From Lytechinus pictus (taxonomy: Eukaryota), in assembly GCF_037042905.1 (NCBI RefSeq), contig NC_087263.1, forward strand, positions 10,790,001 through 10,850,000: a stretch of 60,000 nucleotides of DNA. The letters are read 5' to 3'. Below, piece after piece: positions 49,752-60,000 of this stretch (the first letter of the stretch is position 1; every line of letters starts with the position of its first letter). The position numbers and the translations under genes are program-made. The notes under the pieces were generated by a model. It had not been told where the DNA came from. It did no database searches and was given only the letters and a program-made list of their open reading frames with translations.

Positions 49752-50444
49752 GTAATATAAATGTCGAAATTTTTGCTCGCTCGCAACTTCTCATTAATTT
49801 TACGCGATACGCCATATCAAGCCCCCTCAAAATTATTGGCTCATTACGTCACAGTTTTCAATGATTACTAACGATAAAACAATGAAATCAACGAATAATA
49901 TTAATACAAAAATGGAAGAGACACAATCTATTATTACAATCAAGTTCAATAATGGGCGTTTGAAATAGGCGTGATAATAAATGGGAGTAAAATCAAATCA
50001 GCGACAAAAAAAAGCAAAGCTTGTATAAACGCATACATCAATGTAGTCAACCATCAAGACTAAAACATTGAGAAGTAAACGCAAATGAAAACGTAGAATA
50101 TTCAAATTATTCCAATCAATAATAATACCAATACACGAATGGACCGATGTTTATAAATGCCTCCATCTCATTAGGAGCAATGAAATATTAAAAGGCATTA
50201 TTTATATGTCTGTGATTGTTTCAATCTGATTTGATTTGATTCATTGTTTTCGTCTGTTCATGACATTCGTATATAATAAAAACAAACATAGTATACTGGT
50301 TATATTTTTTGGCATGAATCATACAGAAAAGAAAAATGGACGAAATGAAAAGTCATTCTAAACAAATATGATCTACAACCACATGTTTACATTTACAGTT
50401 TGCAGGAAGAGAAGGATTGTTATTATAAGCAGATTGTTGAAACA

Positions 50445-50855
50445 ATACCACCCCGGAATAAAACTCATACCAATAAAACCTATCCTCCAATTAGCCGCCT
50501 AAGAGTAATGCGGATAATTCAATAAAAATTGCGTTCACAAACTCCGAAAATTATCCGCATTATTTTTACGACCGCCCGTCCTGAAAAAAGCGGATAATCG
50601 TCATGACAACTGGACACGCCCCCTCCGATGCGGTTGTGTTGGAAAAGGGTGACCTTGTGACCGCACCATGGCAATTATCCGCATTATTTGGAAATACGTT
50701 CATAAACTCAAAATCTTGTCCCGATGCCGCTATTATGCGGATAATAGCAGCATCAGAATAATGCGGATAACTCTTGTCCTCCTCTGATTTTACGACCAAA
50801 TTATGCTGCTATTAGCCGCATAATTGGGTTTTATTGGGTTTATGAAAGGGGTATC
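50445..50855. mobile_element. MITE rich in GCGGATAA/TTATCCGC motifs
   Basis: Right end GGGTTTTATTGGGTTTATGAAAGGGGTAT with a degenerate left counterpart CCAATAAAACC. Confidence 0.6.
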
Positions 50856-51039
50856 ATTTAAAATTAATCAAATATAAAGCAGAATGGTCATATTTGTTCA
50901 TAATTGTAAGGATAAAAATGGTGATGATGAGGATGAGGTTGATGGTAACAATTGTGAAAATGAAGGTCATAGAGATGATGGTGGTGATGGGAGAGTATTT
51001 GGTGATGATGATATCAAAGGAAGAGTGATATAATGATTA

Positions 51040-52005
51040 ACTGAAATACTGACACATGCAGAAAACTTGTTTCAAATATTTTGATAATTACTTGGATCTA
51101 ACGTTTGCATTAAATGAGTAAAGAGATGAGCATCTTTTGATAGACTCTGGTAGAGAGTTCCATTAATCGGGACCGTGGTGTCTTACGGATCTCTGCGCAA
51201 TTAGCAATTTGGGGTTGATTAAATGAAAATATGCTCATTGTCTAAAAATTGTGGAATGAAGGTGGAAGCATGTTATTTTCGTACTTGAACATCCGAAGTA
51301 AACTTTGAAGTAATTTTATGTCAAATACTGTTAGACTCTTTAGTTTGTGGAATAATGGGTTTGTGTGTGATAAATATTGCGAATCAGTACAAATTGAATG
51401 AATTTTTCTCTATAAGTATATTGTATTAACTTTAGTTTTTACACAGGTTGCCCGAACTTATTGTAGTACGATGTACATGTATAAGGTAATACTAATGAAT
51501 TGCATAGTGTACAGGGGTTGTATGTGGAATAATGTTTTCCATTTTGTAAAGTACACCGACGTTTTTCGAGATACTAGCAGGTTATGCACCGTATGTGTTC
51601 GTTTCAATTTAAATTTTCATGTATTGTAACACCTACAAAAATTGCATTTTTTAATAACTTTCTTTTAGAGGAATATTGTTTATGGTTGTAAGGAAATTCA
51701 GCAATATATGAATTTGTATGTTTGAAATACATAAAGTTTGTTTTACCTATATTAAGTGAAAGCTTATTACACTTAAAACACAAAATAATTTTGGCAATTC
51801 ATGATTGTATCTACAAAAGTTTCTAAACTATTATGTGTAAAATAAAAATTGTGTCATCTGCAAATAATACAAATGATAAAAAGGCGTTACATCAGTCAAT
51901 CCATTGATATAAATTTTTAAAGCAAGGGGCCCAAGATCGTTCCTTGTGGAACTCCGCATTTTATTGATTGAAGGTTAGAAGACATGTTATTGTGAATTAC
52001 ATACA
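51040..52005 (-). mobile_element. Decayed CR1/L2-group LINE reverse-transcriptase fragment
   Basis: Reverse strand encodes CGVPQGTILGPLL, FADDT and RSVRHHGPD*WNSLPESIK, with stops and frameshifts. Confidence 0.9.
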
Positions 52006-53083
52006 CCATTTAAGAAACATCCATAAATGTATGTTTAATTCTTACTCAGTCCTTGGTTAAAGCTATCATAGACTACAGTTGACCGACTATTTGACTCTTG
52101 AGAGCTTCAAGACTCCCCCCTCCCACCCCCTCAGATTGCATACACTTCCTTTATGACAACATTATTTCTGCTTAAGGTTCTATCCAATATCAAAAGTTAT
52201 TATCCAATCAATTTCCTGATATGAAATGTCTGATCTCGTTCACTAAAGTAAATCATCATTCATGAAAAACCTGAAAAACATAAGCAATGTAATTTCCTTT
52301 TTTTCAAATTAAGTCAAAATCATGTTTCTCTTTTCCACGTAAGACACTGGCCTAATTTGTTTTTTTTTCGGCGAATTCAGACACAATGCAATTACTCACC
52401 AAGAACAGTCACGAGTGCTATTCCATTAGCTTTTAATGACCTGACTATACACTTGAAAGTACTTTTCAAACAAGTAATTATATTGTCTTTTAACGGTTAT
52501 ACGTGTGTTAGTGGGTTATGTGAATAAGTCAGATTATGATCACTATTAAATGAGACCTTTTTCTGATTATGCATGGACATGGTCATGATGATAGGTGACA
52601 AAACATCTACGACTGAAATCGCATCAACTCGAAATTTTTGGGAAGCTCACGGTTACGTCCTTAATGCGGTTAGAAATTGAATCTCACAATCGTTGATTGT
52701 GAGAATGAAGACATTTATTTGATATTATTTGTTGTTTGCATGAATTTATATACAAGAAGACCCATTTCCCGGTCAAAAGATTTTTTTCCAGTCGTACACT
52801 TTAAGCCTTATATACAAACCCCACATTTTTTTTTACATATTTAATGCTTAGATTTTCCCACTCTATATTTCAGAAGTGAGTTGTTCTGTATTGCGGGCAT
52901 ATCTCTGCTGTTCGTTTTTTGTTTATCATTTTTCTCCCTGATCCATTAGAAAGAGAGCGTTATTATTTATTGAATACCCTTTTACTTTTAGTAATATTCA
53001 TAGATAGAAAATTGTGCGCTTCGGAATGCTAATATTACGTGCCTTACAAAAGTGAATTATGATTATCGTAAGGAGGGTTTAAC

Positions 53084-53311
53084 CATGGGCGGAAATCCCA
53101 GGGGGGACAGGGGGGACGTGTCCCCCCTACTCAAAATAGTAGGGGGACACAATATCCCCCCTACTATTTTTGGTATTTTATGATGGTAAGAAATACATCA
53201 TTCAAAATTGAAATAAAACATGTATTTTGGGACGAGATTACCTTACTTTTTGGATGATAACCTTTTTTTTTGCTTGTCCCTCCTACCTTTTGGGAGATAT
53301 TTCCGCCCCTG
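53084..53311. mobile_element. hAT-like MITE
   Basis: CATGGGCGGAAAT...ATTTCCGCCCCTG flanked by an exact 8-bp TSD GGTTTAAC. Confidence 0.92.
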
Positions 53312-54077
53312 GGTTTAACCAATATTTGGTTAAGAATCGTGATTCATGTATACTTGGTGAAAAACCCACTAATGTTGTATAGATTCAACGAACTTATGAC
53401 GATTTATTTATACCGGAAAGCTTTTTTGCAATATAACATAAGCATCCCCTTTTCTATACGCAATGTTGATCAATTATTACCCAATCGTTAAAATGAGCAT
53501 GATAAAATATCACGATTTGAATATTATTGCATATTTTCTTTACTGTAGGGATGCTGTAACCTTTTTTCTGGTTAATAATAGCGACATAAAATGACGTAAT
53601 ATTTACCTCATTTATCTCGCCTAATTTTTACACAACCAAATAATCCCAGATTGTGTTTTTTATATCGTGCTAATTATTCAGCTTTTTTTAGTTTGGATAA
53701 TAACATTTTTCTGGACTGGCAACATGGGAGACGGGGGGGGGGGGGGTTTACGTTATGGGGTTTAATTTCATGTATCTTTTGGGGGAAAATTGCTACAAAG
53801 TTTACGGTCGCGATCAGGCCTCCACCGATTTGATATTTATCAAATTACTAACTAAATTTGAGTGTAAAACTCATGTGTCTGATGACCAGTAAAAGTTTTA
53901 ATCGTAATATTTAGGTTTGTGAGTGCTTGTGTGTGTATGTGGGAGGGTGTGTTGGAAGGGGAAGTGGGTGACAAAATAGAGACTCCCCATTTAAGTGAAC
54001 TTCTCGAGAATGATCAGTGTTCGTTCAAAATAAATACCCACCCTCCACCAAAAAATGAATAAAAAATGTATTGAAGA

Positions 54078-54185
54078 TAAATGAATGAAATGAATAAATA
54101 AATAAATAAATAGATAAATAGAGAGATAGATAGACAGATAGATAGATATATAAATAAATAAATAGATAAATAAATAAATAAATAC
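54078..54185. repeat. (AAAT/AGAT)n microsatellite
   Basis: Directly visible. Confidence 0.9.
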
Positions 54186-55554
54186 ATTAAAAATGCAATA
54201 AAAATCAACTATGTCTCCTTCATGTGATAGGGACACGGTGTGATTCTTACTGAAGAAAATGTCTCCGACCTTTCTAAAAATAGGAATTGATTTCTGAGTA
54301 GTATGCCACACAAAAATAGAATGTGATTAAATATCATACTTCAGCACCAACATGACAATTTCATAGATCGAGTGATAATATTGATGATTATGCAGTATGA
54401 GGCATAGTAGGAACGTGATCTGGAAGATGTGGCGATTTATCATATTCCAATGCAACTGGGCAATTTAATTTTAAATTGAAGTCAAACCAAAATCTTTGTG
54501 AAACACCCCGTCGTCGTTTAGTTGCGTTTAATGAAATTAAAACGCGTCACCAAGTGCTATCGATTCCATAAACAATACAATGGTCATCATTAATTCAGAT
54601 GTAAGAAATAGCCGATCAATAATCAGTAGTATGAACTACTCACTACTAGTATGTCCATGATATGATATAATATGAGTGAGATGCCGTTTTACCCTGAGAG
54701 TAAAACTGATTAGATTTTTTAAAATATCTATCCCCTTCCATTTTTGAATGCTCGTTATTTATCTTCACTAATCGTTGAAAGGGCAAACGTGAAATGATTT
54801 CTGTAAAGTCTTATCCATGAAAATAATGAATGAGAAATCTGTCGATTACGGGAATCTCCCCTTTTGGTTCCCAGAAAATAATAATCTACGAAACTGCTTA
54901 ATTTATGCTCATTTAAATTCCATATACACCTTTGATAATGTATTTTTAGCATTGAGTTTAATGGCAAACGTGACAGAGGGATAGCAATTAATGTAAATCA
55001 GATCTATCTTACCTGCCTGCCGTTTTGGGAAGAAGGTGAAGGAAAAGTTTGATTAACCCTAACAAGGCCGTTTCACGCAATATTTTTGCAACGCGAAAAG
55101 CTCTTGCCGCGATGTTCGTGACATTTTTTCCCCTTTTGAATTTCCGGAATTTTTATACCAAATGTGCGACGCATGCGTACGCGGTTCCAAAGATACGTTG
55201 TTTCCATACATATATATATACACTTGGGTGGTCATTTATTTCATTCTGTAAGAAGTCATTTTGAAATCATTACCCAAACTGGCATTTATCTTTAAGACTC
55301 CTCTAAGAATCCGTGAGGGAAAAAATGATGTTATGTAACAAAATTAAAACGAAATCCTAAAAACTGATGAAGTAAAACAGAAAAAACCCATAACTTCCAT
55401 AACCACGACTTCCAATTTGCACCCATAAATTAGACAGTAAAAAATGAAAAGGGTGCTTGATCAAATTGAAAGGAAAACTGCACTTGTTGTAGTGATGTGT
55501 ATGACGAAATTGTCAAGAATAACGGTAATGACGATAAATGAAAGTATCATTAGG

Positions 55555-55707
55555 ATGGTGACGATGACAATGATGACGACAAAAATAAAGATGATAAGAA
55601 TAATGATGAAGATGAGGAGGAGGATAATGATGGTGATGATGAAGATGATGATACTGATTATGATGATGATGATGATGGTGGTGATGATGATGATGAAGAT
55701 GATGATA
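55555..55707. repeat. (GAT)n low-complexity tract
   Basis: Directly visible. Confidence 0.9.
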
Positions 55708-56220
55708 GTAAAGTTTCTAAGACATTCAGGATAAAATGCAATATGATACTGCTCTTTGTAATTTATATTTTTATGATCCTGTGACGGAATATAAAGTAGA
55801 TATCCACAAATAAACGATTGGCAGGATCACCGGATGAACTTCACATCCCTTTATTCCAACCATTCCTTTCATGTGCGCGCGTTTGCATATTTCCTTGTAT
55901 TTTTTATTCCGTTCCCCTATTTCAATTAAAGACATCTCAAATGACTTGTATTTGCTTCTCATAAAATCTCCTCTCGCATTACCCTCAAAAGCTATCTCCT
56001 CCTTGTACCTCATGATTTTGTTTGCTAAAGGGAGGAAAAATTAGAATTGATTGCGTTTGGAATGGACTTTTTGTACTCTACACGACTGACTTACAATACT
56101 AACGGTATAACCTTGAAATTGTCTTCCATAAATGCACTCGCGTCTGCCGTGCGAATCTGTAACAGGAATGATTTTGTTATAGATACTTGGGTGATTAAGC
56201 GTGGAAGATGTGTCTTACGT

Positions 56221-56513
56221 GGAGCGTTGTGGCCCAAGGGATAAGTCTCCGGACTTTGAAACAGAGGGTATTGGGTTCGAATCCCAGCCATGGCGTTATT
56301 TCCTTCGGCAAGAAATTTATCCACATTGTGTTGCACTCTACCCTGGTGAGGTGAATGGGTACCCGGTAGGATTTATTCTTTGAACGCTTTAGCGCCTATT
56401 GATATGGCGGCTCAGCTGCAGCCGGGGTAATAATATGATACCACTTATCAAAGCGCAGTTGAGTATATGCGCATAGTAACTGCGCTATACAAATTGACAT
56501 ATTATTATCATTA
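56221..56513 (+). mobile_element. tRNA-derived SINE, subfamily related to family A
   Basis: GGAGCGTTGTGGCCCAAGGG (A box region), GGGTTCGAATCCC (B box), core AATGGGTACCCGGTAGG, CCGGGGTAATAATA, (ATT)n tail. Confidence 0.9.
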
Positions 56514-57151
56514 CAATATATCGCCTTTAAGGAAAGTTGGAATCACTAGAAGATGCAGGGTAAACAATACAAAGTCAAATAAAATTGATGCATGAAGTTT
56601 ACGGACAAAATGTATCTTGGAATAGAAGAAATGGAAATTGATTAAATAAAACTTAAATATTGTGAACAAATACCATACATTTTGATACACCCCCACCAAA
56701 AAAAAGGAGGAGGGTACCTAAAAGAAGTAGAGAACTAGAGATCCCGCATTGATAAAACACAGATAAGTTGCGTTTAATGAAATTATAACCGAAAGCTTAT
56801 ATTTCAGTGTAGTGGTCAGTTATAAAACAATTAAATTACCTATATAACACATTTGTAATTTTCAACAAAGGAAATGTCTAATTTTATATCCAATACGACA
56901 TAATGTTCTGTCAGTGATCGATTACGTTTGATAATGATAACGATGCTTTAAATAAAAAACCCTCTCCTTTATCCTGAATATTCTCAAGATATTCCAGATG
57001 AACATGATGTAAAACGTCAAGATCAGACATAAAATGTATTACATGGCTTTTACGCCCTTGAACACCTGCGATCTCCGTGTCAACGATAATCGATTCGCTG
57101 CCAATTCGCCCAGGCATACTAGACATGCGTGTTAAGGGCATTTTACATCTG

Positions 57152-57339
57152 ATGGGCGTTTCATAAAGCCGTTCGTGAGTTAAGAACGACTTTACGAACG
57201 ACTTTACGAACGACCGGTGATCCTTTCTTAAGCGCTGAATCAACACCAGTAAAAATTTGTTGCACAATTACCAGAAGTTAGGATCGTCAGTCGTTCGTAA
57301 AGTTGTCGCAGCTTATGAACATCTTTATGAAACACGCAC
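57152..57339. mobile_element. Palindromic PIF/Harbinger-like MITE with CTG TSD
   Basis: Same family as 49525-49696; CTG on both flanks. Confidence 0.85.
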
Positions 57340-57879
57340 CTGGATGTTTCATGCCGACGGAATAGACGTGTAGCCAGCCGCTTTTTCCCGATAGTCCAAT
57401 TAATTGATGTCAGGCATCTAATTTCTTTATATCGAGAATTTCACTTTGTTAACAAAACAAACTATCATATATGTAGAACTTTTCGTTTTGTTGATAAAAG
57501 GCAATCCTTGATATCAAAGAAATGTGATGAAGAAAACGACTTGTATAGCCTAAGCTCGCCGGCATGGTTAAAACATTCAAGTGTAAGTGCTTCATAGCAG
57601 GTGTGAATAACCTGGCATATGGGATGATAAAAACATTCAAAATATTGGAAAAACTTATCAGAAAACGACTTTAAAATCTGAATGGAATATAAGTATCAAA
57701 CCATTTCCATGAAACTTGAATTAAGAATCACTGGTGGTCAGTTGGGTAACTACGGGGGGGGGGGGGGCACGTGCCCCCCTCCACAAATCGGCTGGCAAAA
57801 ATGGGGGGAAAGAAGAAAAGGGGGAGAAATAAAGAGAAATGTATTGGGGGAAGAAAAGAAAGAAATTATTGCATATTAT

Positions 57880-58176
57880 ATCATATTATTTCTATTATCA
57901 TCACCATCATCATCCTCATCTTCATCATCACCACCACCATCATCGTCATCATCAATATCATCATCAACACCATCATCATAATTATTACCTCCATGATCAC
58001 CATGATCATGATCATCACCATTATCCTCATCTTTTTTAGCATCATCATTTTCATTATGATGATCATCATAATTATTATCATCAATATTATCATATTCAAC
58101 ACCATCATTATTATCATTGTCGTCAATATTGGTATTATAATTATCATCGGTGTTTATATCATCATTATCATTATCG
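57880..58176. repeat. (ATC/ATT)n low-complexity tract
   Basis: Directly visible; source of several spurious ORFs. Confidence 0.9.
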
Positions 58177-58602
58177 TGAAAAAAAAAATGCAATTTCCGC
58201 TTGAAAATTGCAACACGTGATCCACACTATTGACCCCAATGTCGTTTCAGGATAAGGTCTTAAGCCGGCAAGTTCAATTCAACTTACCTCATTGTCAGAT
58301 ATAAAATGAATTGTATCAAGAACAAAAACATAAACTGTATCAAGAACAATTTCAGTTTGTACTTAATGAGAGGAAACAAATAAAGTGTTTGAAAAAAGCG
58401 TCGAGGAGGATGAAAACATGTGTTTAAGCAGAAATAACACATATTTTCACATGATCAGGTGATTATGTAATATACGAAATTTGTTTATACCAGGAAATAA
58501 CGTCATATTGACACCCACTCCTTAACAACATCCTTTAAAACATACTTAGGAAAAAAACGTGATAAAGTGCTAGTTATAATGGTTTACCCTTTCTTCTCTT
58601 AA

Positions 58603-58981
58603 AGGTATTGTTTAACTTTGTGAGCAGCCGATTAAAAAAATTATCAAACCAAGATGAAACATGTGTACAAGTGCATGTATTAGAACTAATAAACCCTGAA
58701 AACAACCATTTTTGAGAATGAAAATCTAAAACTACAAGGTAAACCCCGATTTTGTAAATAGGCGTCTTATAGACGCCTAAATAGTACACATAAGTGTATG
58801 GGATGAAATTAAAATGGTGTTTTCGGTCACTTTATATTTCAATTTTTGAAGCACTAAATAATTTTTTTCGAACGCAATTTTTTTCTGGGCTTCATTTTTG
58901 TAACATATCACAGACACAGGTGACAAGTGTGACCTTCTAGCTCAGATTTTTTAAAAGTCAAATCAATGTTAACCAATCACT
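58603..58981. mobile_element. Kolobok-like MITE with TTAA TSD
   Basis: TTAA|AGGTATTGTTTAAC ... GTTAACCAATCACT|TTAA. Confidence 0.7.
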
Positions 58982-59015
58982 TTAATTGATATTTTGTTCT
59001 CTGTTAAGTTAAAGG

Positions 59016-59200
59016 CGTGCGGGTGTGTGGGTGTGTGAAATTGATTTTGTCAGACATGTATCATTCGTATATGATAATTTACGTCTGGGACCGACCTTTA
59101 ACGCCACCATCCGAAAGACGTGAACAGTGCTCGAACCTCAAATCTCTGCATCAACTTCACCACAGAGCTTGGATTACAGGCGCACGCCACAACGCCAAGT
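59016..59200 (-). mobile_element. Candidate SINE with 7SL(SRP)-like head, Deu/Nin-like core and (CA)n tail
   Basis: Reverse strand: ACTTGGCGTTGTGGCGTGCGCCTGTAATCCAAGCT..GAGGTTCGAGC..TCTTTCGGATGGTGGCGTTAAAGGTCGGTCCCAGACGTAAA..CACACACCCACACAC. Confidence 0.7.
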
Positions 59201-59402
59201 TGAGGGGAATGTAGACATTTTTTCTGCTTTGACTCCGCGGACCATTGCTTGACAAGTGAAGACCACTGTTCGACATCCAAGGGTGATTATTTCAAAGACT
59301 CTCCTTTGTCAACTGTCCTCAATTTACATAGCCAATACTCTCTGATCGTACACACAAGCTATTCATTTACGCCAATAATAATTTGAACAATTACATACTT
59401 AC

Positions 59403-59508
59403 CAAGAATATTTTTGCTTTCGACAGGTCAACAAACTCCTGAGTAAAATTATCCTTGGTTAAACTTAAATTTCACGTGAAGAACGAGGGTCCGTTTCCAA
59501 GAAAGGCC
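59403..59508 (-). other. Candidate non-coding (UTR/lncRNA) exon, 106 nt
   Basis: Strong acceptor TTCTTTTTACGTTCCACAG|G and donor TTG|GTAAGT; stops in all three frames. Confidence 0.4.
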
Positions 59509-59589
59509 CTGTGGAACGTAAAAAGAATATGCTGCTGTTACATTTGCACGACTTCGGAGCCAGAAAGGTTTACGACTGGTTTATGCATC

Positions 59590-60000
59590 GAATCTGCCAC
59601 GTCGTTCCATGTCGTGAAAAAAATGCTTTAAGTTTTAACATTTATACAATCATGGCACGACAAAATTTCGGGTATTATTGGTGTGAACTATCCGTAAACT
59701 GTGCGCAACCTTCATGACCTTGTCAGATAAAGTTGCGCCATGGCACGAGTGGCACGCATTTCACGACTAGTTCACAAGTAGTTTACGACTAGTTTGCGAC
59801 CAATTCACAATAGTTTTCGCATTATTCACGATCGCTTCATAATTGCTCGCCTCATAGGCATACGCAAGCGCAGTTTGGCTATAACGAACGGCAGTTCATG
59901 GAGTTCGATTTTATGCTCCAATGATTTCATGATGAATTGAATGAGGTGACAGTGCGCGAACTATTCGTAAATACTGCGTGAACATGTCACGCCTAAGCGT
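59590..60000. mobile_element. Transposon remnant rich in CACGA/TCGTG motifs, running off the window end
   Basis: Repeated GGCACGA, TCACGACTAG and TCGTGA motifs typical of MITE interiors; termini not seen. Confidence 0.4.

Larger units (their letters stand above)
47026..49854 (-). mobile_element. hAT-like MITE split by ~2.55 kb of inserted sequence
   Basis: Left part 47026-47194 and right part ~49752-49854 match the reverse complement of the 6899/34890 family; TTTTCAAT flanks both ends (47018-47025, 49855-49862). Confidence 0.75.

Noticed and set aside
55444..58220. Poly-Met, poly-His, poly-Asp and poly-Ile ORFs
   Set aside because: Six-frame translations of (GAT)n/(ATC)n low-complexity tracts
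59016..59200. Human Alu contamination or a true 7SL gene
   Set aside because: Similarity covers only ~35 nt; no Alu dimer or A-tail and no SRP S-domain; contiguous with native repeats

Overview
AT-rich, repeat-dense eukaryotic DNA. The repeat families and poly-G/microsatellite style look echinoderm-like, probably sea urchin (inference). No intact protein-coding gene is recognisable, and nearly all ORF-track entries are microsatellite or repeat translations. The window contains two decayed CR1/L2-group LINE reverse-transcriptase copies plus LINE 3' remnants, six tRNA-headed SINEs, and many non-autonomous DNA transposons/MITEs (hAT-like with exact 8-bp TSDs, Tc1/mariner-like, EnSpm/CMC-like, PIF/Harbinger-like, Kolobok-like). 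It also holds a Helentron/DINE-1-like element, a ~1 kb diverged local duplication and a few isolated minus-strand exon candidates. Three items stand out. (1) A ~185-bp element at 59016-59200 (-) has a 7SL/Alu-domain-like head, a Deu/Nin-like core and a (CA)n tail, making it a candidate 7SL-derived SINE outside mammals and hagfish. (2) A 1.39-kb TIR-less insertion (33098-34489) has a 3' hairpin and is bounded by AAAATATTA direct repeats; its empty site is preserved in the paralogous duplicate at 36872-36880, which suggests a Crypton-like element. (3) A multi-layer nest of transposons lies at 47026-49854. All family assignments come from reading the sequence by eye; no database search was run.
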